The translations under genes were made by a program, and so were the position numbers. Below the pieces are notes generated by a model. That model saw nothing but the letters and a program-made list of their open reading frames with translations. It did not search any database and had not been told where the DNA came from. A DNA stretch of 64,000 nt, from the IMG/VR virus record IMGVR_UViG_3300032156_000001, positions 124,119 to 188,118 of that record; one strand, written 5' to 3'. The stretch is from a virus. Positions 47,231 to 56,603 of this stretch are shown one piece after another; the first letter of the stretch is position 1, and each line of letters opens with the position of its first letter.

Positions 47231-48928
47231 ATGGACACGATCTACGCGGAATGGCTGAACGCCAACGAGAACAGGGCCTACCCGGTCCACGAGGCGGCCA
47301 GCCGCGTCGCCGACTCGGGCGTCCGCCTGCCGGACGGCGTCCTCGCCGACGCGCATATCTGGATGCCACGGTCGCTAGGCACCAGGGTTTGCGTCAGCTC
47401 GGTCGGCATCACGCCGCGCCTCGTCACGGTCACGTTCGCCGCCGACAACGGCGGCGCCATGACGCCGATAGCCGCCGTGGCGGTACGAAGGCCGGTGACG
47501 CGGTTCAAGAATTACCGGCTGGACGCCGTGGCGGACGGCGCGGCCGGCTGGGTGGCGTTCGGCCAGGGGGCGGTGGAGCTGACCGCGCTGACGCTGCTGT
47601 TCAGCGACCCCGATGCGGCCTACCTGGCTGATCGGGTCGTGCGCGCCTATCCTGACCTGCCGGTGCGCAGCCTGGGGAAGGACGGCAGGGCGGACGCGCT
47701 TACGGGCGTCGTGGGCCTCAGCGGGGTCGCCGGCTCGGTCGTGACGCGGAAGGGGACCAGGATAGTCGACGGCGAGGAGACCGACGTCCTGCTGGTCGGC
47801 CTCGACCTCGGCGACGACGCCGTCAAGGCGCTGCTGGACTACATCGGCCCGTGCGGGCCGCGCCCGGACTCCAGGACGTGCGACCCGCCGGCGATCCTCA
47901 GCGTGAACGGCGTGACGCCCGACGCCAACGGCAACATCGACATCGTCTTCGAGGCCGGCGTCATTGTCGGCGACGCGGAGATAGGCCTGATCCTGGACTC
48001 GCCGCTGGGCCTCCACAACGTGTGCCCCGGCAGCCCTTTCAGGGGCTTCGACCCGGAGACCAGCACGGTGTGCGGCGAGATCCGCTGGAGCTGGAGCTCC
48101 ACGGCGCCGCCGCCCTCGTCGGGCTGGAGCTCCATGTCGAGCTCGTCGCAGAGCTCGTACTCGTCCGGGTCGGCGCCGGGGCCGGACCGCTACTGCGAGG
48201 ACTTCCTGGATCCCGAACACACGGAGCTGGAGATCGTCAGCGGCTACTTCGAGCGTAACGTCGGCGAGCTCAAGACGAACGTGCTGTACAGGACCGACTG
48301 GCAGGAGAACATAGCGGAGGACCCGTACCGGTACGAGGACATGGAGGACGGCTTTCGCCTCACCGCCATCATCCACCCGTACGGGAACGAGGGGGCCGGC
48401 AACGGCCACGCCATCTTCGGCTACAGGTCCTGGCGGGACTTCTTCTGCGTCGGCGTGTCGCTGCACACGACCAAGTACGGCCGCGGGGCGATCTACATCG
48501 CGCAGCGCACGCGGGGCGTCGTGCCGGCGGGGGCCATGTTCGGCGATCTCGGCTGGCAGGACATCGAACTGCGCACTCAGTATTACGAGCTGCTCTACGC
48601 GTGGACGCCGCCGTCCGGCGGGCCGGACCCGAACGCGAACTTCCTGCCGGAGACGGACTACTACCTCGACGCGACGGTGTGGCGCGCGCTAGGGGACATG
48701 AACGTCCGCTTCGCGCTGGCGTGGTATTATGACGGCGTGCTGTACACCACGGGGCCGGTGCCGCTGCTGTTCAGCACGGCGATAACCGCCCAATACAGGC
48801 AGCGGCCCGTCGGCCTGGGCGACGTGTCGGCGACGACGGGCTTCAAGTGGTTCGGCGTCAACTGCCCGGGCAGCAGCTCGAGCAGCAGCAGTTCGAGCAG
48901 CAGTTCGGAAGAACCGCCGCCGCCTTAG
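47231..48928 (+). CDS. Baseplate/fibre paralog family, member 3, with a lectin-like C-terminal region and Ser tracts
   Basis: EWLNANENRAYPV; ILSVNGVTPDANGNI; Ser tracts near 48088-48171 and 48874-48907. Confidence 0.6.
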   Translation: MDTIYAEWLNANENRAYPVHEAASRVADSGVRLPDGVLADAHIWMPRSLGTRVCVSSVGITPRLVTVTFAADNGGAMTPIAAVAVRRPVTRFKNYRLDAVADGAAGWVAFGQGAVELTALTLLFSDPDAAYLADRVVRAYPDLPVRSLGKDGRADALTGVVGLSGVAGSVVTRKGTRIVDGEETDVLLVGLDLGDDAVKALLDYIGPCGPRPDSRTCDPPAILSVNGVTPDANGNIDIVFEAGVIVGDAEIGLILDSPLGLHNVCPGSPFRGFDPETSTVCGEIRWSWSSTAPPPSSGWSSMSSSSQSSYSSGSAPGPDRYCEDFLDPEHTELEIVSGYFERNVGELKTNVLYRTDWQENIAEDPYRYEDMEDGFRLTAIIHPYGNEGAGNGHAIFGYRSWRDFFCVGVSLHTTKYGRGAIYIAQRTRGVVPAGAMFGDLGWQDIELRTQYYELLYAWTPPSGGPDPNANFLPETDYYLDATVWRALGDMNVRFALAWYYDGVLYTTGPVPLLFSTAITAQYRQRPVGLGDVSATTGFKWFGVNCPGSSSSSSSSSSSSEEPPPP

Positions 48929-48936
48929 GAGCGAGC

Positions 48937-49719
48937 ATGGAAGTCAAATTCCCGGAGTGGCGTGACGGCAACGCCCGCATAAAGTACCCGTTCTCCGACC
49001 TGGCCACGCTGGTCAACGGCGGCGGCGTCGCGATCGACAGGGACGTGTTCGTCGACGCCAGGCTGTATCCGCTGGGCGGGACCGAGGAGCTGTACCTCAG
49101 CCGGGTCAGCGTGGCTTCCGACTACCCGTCCGCCGTCACCGTCTACGTCGGCACGCCCGAGACGCCGCTTCTCGCGTGGGCGGCGTACGATCCGGCGGCC
49201 CCGCCGACGAACGGCGAGTTGCGCCTTGCCGACGCCGCGGGCAGGACGGCCGGCGTGCTGGTGTCCGACGCGGACAGGCTCCTGGCGTTCGCGCAGGCCA
49301 TGCCGGTGGGGGACACCGACTTCGACCAGGACCAGACGCCGTTCGCGCCGACGGCCATAGTGCCTATGCCGGCTTACGGCGTACGGAGCATCGTGGCCGA
49401 CGACGGCGGGGCCGTCAGCGGACGCGCCGTCCTGGTGGGGACCGACGGAATAGTGCTGTGGGACGACGGCGACGGCAAGATCAGGATCGACGTCGTGGGC
49501 GACCCCTACGCACTTGTGAACAGGTGCCTTGCGGACGGCACGCCGGTGCCGAGGTTCTGCGGGTTGCGCACGATCAACGGCGTCGGCCCGAACGACCAGG
49601 GCGACTTCGTCCTGTCGGCGGGCCGCAACGAGGCTTACGACAACGTCTTCCGCATCGTGTGGTCGGGCGACAAGCTGGAGATACGCGCCGAGGGCCTGAT
49701 GGGGCTCACAGATGGCTGA
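48937..49719 (+). CDS. Baseplate/fibre paralog family, member 4
   Basis: TAGGAG SD and ATG at 48937; EWRDGNARIKYPF; LRTINGVGPNDQGDF. Confidence 0.6.
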   Translation: MEVKFPEWRDGNARIKYPFSDLATLVNGGGVAIDRDVFVDARLYPLGGTEELYLSRVSVASDYPSAVTVYVGTPETPLLAWAAYDPAAPPTNGELRLADAAGRTAGVLVSDADRLLAFAQAMPVGDTDFDQDQTPFAPTAIVPMPAYGVRSIVADDGGAVSGRAVLVGTDGIVLWDDGDGKIRIDVVGDPYALVNRCLADGTPVPRFCGLRTINGVGPNDQGDFVLSAGRNEAYDNVFRIVWSGDKLEIRAEGLMGLTDG

Positions 49720-50854
49720 GAACGGTTTCTACAACGTCGCGGACTTCATCTCGTACCCGCTGGTGGCGGGCGGGGACCGCGCGTTCCTGCCCGCCGGGCC
49801 GGACCTGCCGCGGCGCGGCATAGCAGGCGGCTGGTTCATGTTGGGCGTCAGCAGCGGCTTCACCGTCGCGACGCACGCGGTCACGCTGCATTCGGTGGAA
49901 GTGACGGCGTCAAAGGTGAGGTTCGATTTCCGTGCCGACTCGCCGGGCTTCGCGGGCTACCGGTGGTGGTTCGAGTTCGATGTTGCCGACCTGTTCGGGA
50001 CGATGAAGGACGCGACGGCGGAGACGATCATCGGGGCCGCGCCGGACGAGGATGTGGGCTGGGCGGAACTGGTCATGGGCGACCTGGCGGAACTGATCGC
50101 GCTCGGCATCGGCGTGCACGCCCTGCGCACGCCGGTCCCCGTCGAGCCGGCCCTGATCCAGAGTTTGGCCGACTCGTACGTGAAACAGATCGACCTTGCC
50201 AACGACGGCCGGTCCTGCCCGGTGGAGTGCTCGGACAGCTCATCGTCGTCGTCCTCGCCGCCATCGTCGTCGTCCTCGCCGCCATCGTCGTCGTCCTCGC
50301 CGCCATCGTCGTCGTCCTCGCCGCCATCGTCGTCGTCCTCGCCGCCATCGTCGTCGTCCTCGCCGCCATCGTCGTCGTCCTCGCCGCCATCGTCGTCGTC
50401 CTCGCCGCCATCGTCGTCGTCCTCGCCGCCATCGTCGTCTTCTTCAGAGGAGCCAAAGGAACTAGAGAGAACAAAAGTGCCTCCTTCGAGCCCGCCGGCA
50501 TACGTCCAGGCGCGCGGCCTGGTCGGCGACGTCAAGGTGAAGGAAGGGTACAACATCCAGCTCCTGGTCAGCGTCGCGAACAACGCGCTGCGCATCAAGG
50601 CCGTCAAGGGGGCAGGGGCTGGCGAGACGTGCGTGGACTACCTGATCGGGCCCGGCGGCTTCGTGATAGACCCCGGCGACGCGTGCCGCAGCTGCACGGA
50701 GTTCATCCGGCGCATCAACGGCATGGCGACGAGGGACGGACGACTGACGATAAGCGGCGGGCCCGGCGTCGACATCTTCCCGGACCCGGTGATACCGCAC
50801 AGGCTGGTAGTGAGGCCCAGGATCGAACGGGCCTCCTGCAGTGCGAACCCGTGA
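49712..50854 (+). CDS. Baseplate/fibre paralog family, member 5, with an (SSSSSPP)n repeat
   Basis: FYNVADFISYPL; IRRINGMATRDG; internal tandem repeat. Confidence 0.6.
   Translation: MAENGFYNVADFISYPLVAGGDRAFLPAGPDLPRRGIAGGWFMLGVSSGFTVATHAVTLHSVEVTASKVRFDFRADSPGFAGYRWWFEFDVADLFGTMKDATAETIIGAAPDEDVGWAELVMGDLAELIALGIGVHALRTPVPVEPALIQSLADSYVKQIDLANDGRSCPVECSDSSSSSSSPPSSSSSPPSSSSSPPSSSSSPPSSSSSPPSSSSSPPSSSSSPPSSSSSPPSSSSSPPSSSSSEEPKELERTKVPPSSPPAYVQARGLVGDVKVKEGYNIQLLVSVANNALRIKAVKGAGAGETCVDYLIGPGGFVIDPGDACRSCTEFIRRINGMATRDGRLTISGGPGVDIFPDPVIPHRLVVRPRIERASCSANP
50241..50439 (+). repeat. Perfect 21-bp tandem repeat (CATCGTCGTCGTCCTCGCCGC) x9 plus a partial copy
   Basis: Counted directly; encodes (SSSSSPP)9. 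Confidence 0.95.
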
Positions 50855-50862
50855 GGTGAGGT

Positions 50863-51969
50863 GTGGCGAACCCGTTCCACCCGCGGCCCGACTGCCCGGT
50901 CCCCTCGACCCCTTCGATCGAGGGGAGCCTGGTCAGCTCGTGCGAGGTCCGGCAGCCGCCGCAGTTCCCGTGGCTGATGGCCCCGCCGCCGCCCATCTTC
51001 CCGCCCGGCTTCGAGTTCGGCTGCTACAAGCCCAGCGTCGAGGTCAGGACGACCATCCGCTCGCTCGGCAGCAGCGAATCCAGCCTGCCGGGGGAGCTGA
51101 CCGCTAGCATAGACTTCCCGCGCAGCAGCGAGACCGGCTGGTGCGAGCCGCGGATCATCCTGGACTTCTCGCCCGGCGTCTCATGCCCGCCGAAGCCCGA
51201 AGGTTCGGCCAGCATGAAGATGAAGTTTGAGGCGGGTGCGATGATGTCGGCCGTCATGATGGACAGCCGGAAATGCGAATGGGCGGTGAGATGGAAGGGC
51301 AGCGCCGCCTGCCCGACCTTCGTGCCGGCAGGTGATGGGACTCCTGCCAACCCGACGGTTCAGATCTCCCAGATTTACGGTCAAAACTCGATCTGGGGGG
51401 ATATTTTCATCCTGCTTGACGATGAGGCCTATGAGGAAGCCGACGAGCTGATCTGCCCGTACACGTACGGCGGCGCCATGTTCATAGATGGGCCGCCCGA
51501 TTTCAGCGTTCTGAACACGCCCACGGGCGTCGATTCCCCCGCGTGCTGCACCGATGAGATAACCGTGGTGGGCATCCTGGAAGACGTGGGTCCGATTCAG
51601 CTGCTGCTGCATGACAGCAAGGCCGGCGACCCGCCTGAAGGCGATCCGTTCGGCGTCCAATACGAGCTGCGATACAACCTCGTGAAGTTCAGACTGCCGA
51701 AGTTGGATACGGACGAAGCCACGCCGCTGACTATAACGCTGACGAACGGTCCAGGCGTCTTCAACGGATTCGACTCCTTGAGCGACCGGGGGGACTGCGG
51801 TCCGTGCGGCCAGACGATTTGGACGTGCCCGGTCACGATCGATACCGGCGGCACGAGCCGCGACATCGTCGTCGTGACCGGCGGCGAATGCGACAACTAC
51901 TCGCCGTATCTGCACCTCACGACTATCACGCTGCACTTTGACAACGGCATCTTCATAGGGGCCGATTGA
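50863..51969 (+). CDS. Cys/Pro-rich tail-tip/fibre hypothetical protein
   Basis: GAGGTGAGG SD and GTG start; many Cys; codon usage less GC3-biased in the 3-prime half. Confidence 0.55.
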   Translation: MANPFHPRPDCPVPSTPSIEGSLVSSCEVRQPPQFPWLMAPPPPIFPPGFEFGCYKPSVEVRTTIRSLGSSESSLPGELTASIDFPRSSETGWCEPRIILDFSPGVSCPPKPEGSASMKMKFEAGAMMSAVMMDSRKCEWAVRWKGSAACPTFVPAGDGTPANPTVQISQIYGQNSIWGDIFILLDDEAYEEADELICPYTYGGAMFIDGPPDFSVLNTPTGVDSPACCTDEITVVGILEDVGPIQLLLHDSKAGDPPEGDPFGVQYELRYNLVKFRLPKLDTDEATPLTITLTNGPGVFNGFDSLSDRGDCGPCGQTIWTCPVTIDTGGTSRDIVVVTGGECDNYSPYLHLTTITLHFDNGIFIGAD

Positions 51970-52985
51970 TGGGCACTATTGATATCCTTTGCCCCGTCTG
52001 CTGTCCTGACGGCTGCATTGAAGGCCACGTGTACGACAAGCTCGGCGTCGGCGTCAACGGCGCGACGGTGCAGGCCGTTTGGACGGTGGGACCGCTCAAC
52101 TACCCGGCTGCCGGGCCGGTCGTCACGAACGCCGCCGGCTACTACGTCATATCGCCGGTCCCGCGTGGGGCGTTCACGGTGAGCGTCACCAGCGCCACGC
52201 CGAACCCGCCGTCGCATTGGGAACCCGATCCGTGCAGCACTACGGTGGTCGCGCACATACCGACTTGCGTGACATGCGACTTCCACGAGATCCCCGACGT
52301 GACGACCGGCTGCATCGACGGCCACGTCTACGATTGCTGGGGAGATCCCGCCGTCGGCTACGAAGTGAACGCCACCAAGGGCGGCGTCACGGTATCCGAT
52401 GTCACGGATAAGTTTGGGTATTACTGCATCGACGCGCTGGCTTTCGGCTCTTACGAAATGTCGATAACCGAGATCACGCCCAATGGCGGCGCGTGGCAGT
52501 TCGATCTTCAGCCTACTGCCGTTGTCGCGATTGGAAGTTGCGCCACCACGGGCTGCGTCCACGATGACGCCAACGAGGTGGCCGTCGGCGACTGCTACGA
52601 CTGCGAAACGCGGCCGTGCCATGCCGTAGATCCCATTACGATATACATTGATGCTCTCGGAATGTGCCCGGACTGCAGCGTCCTCGGTGCCGGTAATTGG
52701 GACGTGCCGTGGTTCGCCGACTGTGACTGGTGGGGCACATGGGAAATCGATGGAAACTTCATCAGCATCCGCTTCTGGTGCGACGAGAACCAATGGAAAT
52801 TCAGGGTGGAAATCAACATGACTCAATGCATCATCGACTCCACCTTTGCGGAGAGCTACGGCATGAACCGAGTCTTCTGCTCCGCCAGCGGGGTGTCGAG
52901 TTGCGGATGGGCGGAGAGCGTCGCCGGCCACGATCATTGGATGATGATGTGCGGCTACGCCATGGTGGTGCTCGGAGGGCTGTAG
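51969..52985 (+). CDS. Cys-rich protein with two carboxypeptidase-regulatory/Cna-B-like beta-sandwich repeats (candidate adhesin)
   Basis: GCIEGHVYD..G.GV.GATV...VTNAAGYYVISPVPRGAFTVSV and GCIDGHVYD..G.PAVGYEV...VTDKFGYYCIDALAFGSYEMSI. Confidence 0.6.
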   Translation: MGTIDILCPVCCPDGCIEGHVYDKLGVGVNGATVQAVWTVGPLNYPAAGPVVTNAAGYYVISPVPRGAFTVSVTSATPNPPSHWEPDPCSTTVVAHIPTCVTCDFHEIPDVTTGCIDGHVYDCWGDPAVGYEVNATKGGVTVSDVTDKFGYYCIDALAFGSYEMSITEITPNGGAWQFDLQPTAVVAIGSCATTGCVHDDANEVAVGDCYDCETRPCHAVDPITIYIDALGMCPDCSVLGAGNWDVPWFADCDWWGTWEIDGNFISIRFWCDENQWKFRVEINMTQCIIDSTFAESYGMNRVFCSASGVSSCGWAESVAGHDHWMMMCGYAMVVLGGL

Positions 52986-52987
52986 CG

Positions 52988-53428
52988 ATGGGCTGCTGCG
53001 GCGACAAGCGGGCCAGGATGGCCAAGGCGTTGGAGGAGAAGAATCTCGGCATCGTCTCGCTTGCCAAGGCCATGATCGGTCCGCCGGCTGCGCCGCGGCT
53101 GGTGACGGAACGGCTCAACCGGTGCAGGGCGTGCGTGGAAATCGACAGCCGCGGCGAACGGCTGTACCGGCAAATCGGCGACGTCTTCTACTGTGGCCAG
53201 CCGCGCCTGGAGAACATCTATCGCGACGAGAGGAAGGACGGCTGTGGCTGCGAACTGGGCTTGAAGGCGTCGAGGCGCGACGTGGGATGCCCGCGCAACC
53301 ATTGGGCCATTCTGATGCTGCAGGCGCCTGCCGGCTTGGTAACGCATACCGGCGCGATGCGGCCAGACGCGAAAACGAATCCTGGGGCCAATATCAAGCC
53401 GATAGATAATTCTCCCAAGAACTCTTGA
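52988..53428 (+). CDS. Small Cys-rich (putative Zn-binding) protein of the RxxxCxxC...CGC...K...CP..W type
   Basis: RLNRCRAC...DGCGCELGLKASRRDVGCPRNHW; GGAGG SD and ATG at 52988. Confidence 0.6.
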   Translation: MGCCGDKRARMAKALEEKNLGIVSLAKAMIGPPAAPRLVTERLNRCRACVEIDSRGERLYRQIGDVFYCGQPRLENIYRDERKDGCGCELGLKASRRDVGCPRNHWAILMLQAPAGLVTHTGAMRPDAKTNPGANIKPIDNSPKNS

Positions 53429-53454
53429 CCGATCACCCGATCTTGCGGTACAGT
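53425..53454 (+). promoter_or_regulatory. Host sigma70-like promoter
   Basis: TTGACC-N18-TACAGT, followed by an AAAGGAGG SD and ATG 53476. Confidence 0.5.
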
Positions 53455-53475
53455 CTCCGCAAAGGAGGGCGCGAC

Positions 53476-53814
53476 ATGTTTGGCGAATACGCCGTCTGGG
53501 CGGAATCCGGCGGGGAGATGCGGCGTGTGTGCAAGGAGGCCGAGCACGTCGTGGTGCTCTACCATGACGGCATGCGCTGGCAGCTGACCGCCGTGGGGCC
53601 GCTCGACCACGTCGAGGAGGCGCTGGCATGTCTGGCAGCCTTGCGACCCGGGCCGCCGAAGCCGGCGGTCGGCTCCACGTCGATCCCGGTGAGCCAGATG
53701 GTCCCCGGCGTGGGCGACAAGGGCCAGCGGGTGCTCCGCGTACCGATGACGGGCTCGGTGCAGCAGGCCGTGCAGGAAGCGTTGGCCCCGCCCGCGAAGC
53801 CGGCGATAGAGTAG
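53476..53814 (+). CDS. Hypothetical protein
   Basis: Strong SD AAAGGAGG; ATG at 53476. Confidence 0.6.
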   Translation: MFGEYAVWAESGGEMRRVCKEAEHVVVLYHDGMRWQLTAVGPLDHVEEALACLAALRPGPPKPAVGSTSIPVSQMVPGVGDKGQRVLRVPMTGSVQQAVQEALAPPAKPAIE

Positions 53815-53817
53815 CGC

Positions 53818-54597
53818 ATGGCTACGTGCCACATACTGAGCGAACTATCAGACGTGACGGACCGCCTGCAGCGTGAGCGCGGCGCGGCGGCCGTATTCGA
53901 GCGCCTGGGATTCAAGGTCAAGCTGTGGGACCGGTCGATTTGCGACGCCGTGCGTGCCGAGCACATGCCGGTCCAGCATCCCAACTTCGCCGCCGCGCTC
54001 AGCGGCTGGCAGGCCGACTTCGCCGATCAGGTCGCCGCGAAGCTGGAGCCCGAGGCCGGCGATGTGATTGTGGCCGCGGCGGCGTGGCACGCGGCCATCT
54101 TCAAGGGCCTGCTGCGCCAGTCGGGCGGCCGGCATAAAGGCGCGCCCGTCCTTGAGCTGTTCGTCGACTACGCGGACTCGTTCGCCGTCTGGCGCGCGTT
54201 CACCAGCTACTACGCGATGGGCCTCGCGGCCGCCGCGGAGCGCTGTGGGTGGGATGAACGGTGGGTCGTTGCCGACCCGTGCGTCCTCGAGCTGCCGAAT
54301 CCCGAGTCCGCGGCCATCATCTATGATGCCAACGCCTCCGCGCCGATGGATGCGGCTTACCTGGTGCACATGGTCAGGGGCTCCCTCGTGATAGCCCCCG
54401 ACTTCGGCTCGTGGCACGAGCTGGTCGACCAGGGCATAACGGGCCTGCTGTACCGGACGGAGGTCGGCCACGCGAAGTGCCTCGACTTCGCGCCGCGGAT
54501 CAACCGCCGGCGCGTGCAGGAGGAGGCGGCGCGCCGGTTCGGGGTCGACGCCGCCGCCCTGGCGATCAGGCCCTGGCTGGAGCGCGCCCTTGCCTGA
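53818..54597 (+). CDS. Divergent GT-B (GT4-like) glycosyltransferase
   Basis: C-terminal IAPDFGSWHELVDQGITGLLY resembles the GT-B nucleotide-sugar-binding motif; adjacent to a second GT. Confidence 0.55.
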   Translation: MATCHILSELSDVTDRLQRERGAAAVFERLGFKVKLWDRSICDAVRAEHMPVQHPNFAAALSGWQADFADQVAAKLEPEAGDVIVAAAAWHAAIFKGLLRQSGGRHKGAPVLELFVDYADSFAVWRAFTSYYAMGLAAAAERCGWDERWVVADPCVLELPNPESAAIIYDANASAPMDAAYLVHMVRGSLVIAPDFGSWHELVDQGITGLLYRTEVGHAKCLDFAPRINRRRVQEEAARRFGVDAAALAIRPWLERALA

Positions 54598-56212
54598 ACG
54601 CGTCGTCATACGCAACACGCAGAGCCCCGGCGACATAGTGATCCTCAGCGCTGCCGTCCGCGACCTGTGCCGCGCGCACCCGCGCCGGTTCGCGTTCTCC
54701 ATGGACCTGAGCTGCCCGGCGGTCTTCCACAGCAACCCCAACGTCGTCGGCTTCAGCAAGGGCGCCGGGCGGTGCGTCGTGGCGCAATATCCCGGCATCC
54801 ACAGGTCCAACCAGCGGCGCGACCACTTCATCTGGTCGTTCATAGACGACCTGAACGGCAAGCTGAAGGCGTCGGCGGTCCTGACTGAGTTCAAGCCCGA
54901 CCTGCACCTGACGTCGCAGGAGCAGCGCGATCCCATCGTGCCGCCGCCGTACTGGGTCTTCCTCAGCGGCGGCAAGCGGGACTACACGGCGAAATGGTGG
55001 GTGCCTCAATACTGGCAGAAGGTCGTCGACATGATGTCGCCGTGGACGAAGATGGTGCAGCTGGGCGCGTCGGCGCACGTGCACCCGAAGATAACCGGCA
55101 CGCACGACATGGTCGGCAAGACGTCGCTGCGGGAGATGATGCGGATCGTCTATCATTCCGAGGGCGTGATCTGCGTGGTTACCGCTGCCATGACGATGGC
55201 GGCCGCCTTCAACAAGCCGTGCGTGGTCATATCCGGCGGCAGGGAGCCGTGGTGGTGGCAGGCGTTCACGCAGGAGAACCGGCTGGTGCAGATGCGCCGC
55301 GGCATCCCCGACTGGAAGCCGCCCGACCCCGACAACTTCGTGCCGCACCAGTTTCTCCACACGATCGGCGCGCTCGACTGCTGCAAGGCCGGCGGCTGCT
55401 GGCGCTCCCGCATAGAGAAGTCGGGCAACCAATGCCGGAAGCCCGTGCAGGTCGGCGGCGTGACGGTGCCGGAATGCCTGCGGCGCATCACGCCGGAGCA
55501 CGTCGTCCAGGCGGCGCAGTGGTACTACGACCAGGGGATCCTCAGCCACGGCAAGCCGATAGCCAAGATGATTTCCGTGCCGGTCCTCAATCCAACGCCG
55601 GCCCCCGCGCCGGCGGTATCGGCGGCGCGCGCCAGGCCGCTGCCGCCCCCGGAACCGGAGCCAATCGCGCCGGAAGCGCGGCCCGTCCTGTACTGGGTCG
55701 TCGCCGACCTGGCGGCCGGACTGGACGCGCTTGTCCGCGTCGGCGGCGTGGCCGTGGTGCGCGGGGCGGAGGCGAAGGCGGCCTGCGAGGCGCGAAAGAT
55801 CCCGTTCGTGGAGGCCCAGCCCGGCCTGCGCGGGTTCGTAGAGGCCGCGCGCGGCCATGACGCCCCCGGTGTGCCTGTCCTGGCCGGCGTGCCGGACTGC
55901 CCGCCGCACGAGATCATCGACGCCTTCCAGGCCGCGGCGCTGGCCATGCGAGGCACGGAGCGCTGGGCGCTGGGAAGGGTAGACTGGGACTGGTCGGAGG
56001 CGCCGGAAGCGGAATCGCATCCGTACCTGCCGCAGCGGCGGATACTGTATTCGCTGTGGCCGCATCTGTTCATGGCCCCGCGCGCGGTCCTGGCGGAGCT
56101 TGTGCGCGAGCCGGGCGAGCTGGATACTGTCGAGCTGGCGCTGCGCCTGCGCAGATGCGGGGCCAAGCTGCGGGACGCGGGCATCGTGATGGAGTGGCCA
56201 TGCCGAGGCTGA
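54590..56212 (+). CDS. GT9 (heptosyltransferase-like) glycosyltransferase with a C-terminal extra domain
   Basis: SPGDIVILSAAVRDL..AHP, KWW..QYWQKVV, GKTSLREMMRIVYHSEGVIC..TAAMTMAAAFNKPCVVISG, CLRRITPEHV. Confidence 0.72.
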   Translation: MPERVVIRNTQSPGDIVILSAAVRDLCRAHPRRFAFSMDLSCPAVFHSNPNVVGFSKGAGRCVVAQYPGIHRSNQRRDHFIWSFIDDLNGKLKASAVLTEFKPDLHLTSQEQRDPIVPPPYWVFLSGGKRDYTAKWWVPQYWQKVVDMMSPWTKMVQLGASAHVHPKITGTHDMVGKTSLREMMRIVYHSEGVICVVTAAMTMAAAFNKPCVVISGGREPWWWQAFTQENRLVQMRRGIPDWKPPDPDNFVPHQFLHTIGALDCCKAGGCWRSRIEKSGNQCRKPVQVGGVTVPECLRRITPEHVVQAAQWYYDQGILSHGKPIAKMISVPVLNPTPAPAPAVSAARARPLPPPEPEPIAPEARPVLYWVVADLAAGLDALVRVGGVAVVRGAEAKAACEARKIPFVEAQPGLRGFVEAARGHDAPGVPVLAGVPDCPPHEIIDAFQAAALAMRGTERWALGRVDWDWSEAPEAESHPYLPQRRILYSLWPHLFMAPRAVLAELVREPGELDTVELALRLRRCGAKLRDAGIVMEWPCRG

Positions 56213-56583
56213 ACATCGAACAGATAGTCAAGATCGTCGGCGATCCTGTTGCCTATGACGTGCTGCCGTTCCTGAGGCCCATGAAGGACAGCGCGCTGTC
56301 GGCGCTGTCGAAGATGCGGCGCGGCTGCCGCGGGTGCGCCGCCGCGCGCAAGCAGGCGGCGTTCAAGGCCATGGCGAACGCCTTCGCCCGGCTGGTGTGG
56401 GAGGAGTCGAAGAAGCCGGGCGCCCCCCTGGACGGGCTGGCGGTTGCGTGCGGACGGATGTTCGGCCCCAGCAAGGACGGCTGGTTCGTTAGCGTGTGGC
56501 TGCCGCCGGATGGCAGGCAGGTGGACATCCGGTTCGGCGCGCCGCCGGCCCCGGCAATTGAACCCCCGAAGCCTCCGGTGTAG
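56200..56583 (+). CDS. Small CxxC-containing hypothetical protein
   Basis: ATG at 56200 after GGAG; GCRGC motif. Confidence 0.55.
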   Translation: MPRLNIEQIVKIVGDPVAYDVLPFLRPMKDSALSALSKMRRGCRGCAAARKQAAFKAMANAFARLVWEESKKPGAPLDGLAVACGRMFGPSKDGWFVSVWLPPDGRQVDIRFGAPPAPAIEPPKPPV

Positions 56584-56603
56584 ACTGCGTTTGGAGGTGC
56601 CCG

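Noticed and set aside
43903-47238. Very long antisense ORFs (also 28846..31356, 12297..14615, 16895..18961, 39223..41037, 61743..63929)
   Set aside because: They mirror well-biased sense genes, have Arg/Gly/Ala-rich non-globular translations and lack SDs. These are typical stop-poor shadows in high-GC DNA.
50241-50439. Possible CRISPR array
   Set aside because: The repeats are contiguous with no spacers and lie in frame within a CDS. The dispersed 18-bp palindromes are kilobases apart, and no cas genes are seen.
49957-50607. Poly-Asp (GGEDDDD)n protein on the minus strand
   Set aside because: It is simply the antisense reading of the Ser/Pro repeat.
50863-52985. Diversity-generating retroelement target
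   Set aside because: No reverse transcriptase and no TR/VR-like repeat pair differing at adenines was noticed in the window.
53022-53034. Partial palindrome match CCAAGGCGTTGGA
   Set aside because: It has a mismatch and lacks the TTT/AAA flanks; explicable by Ala-Lys-Ala-Leu-Glu codons.
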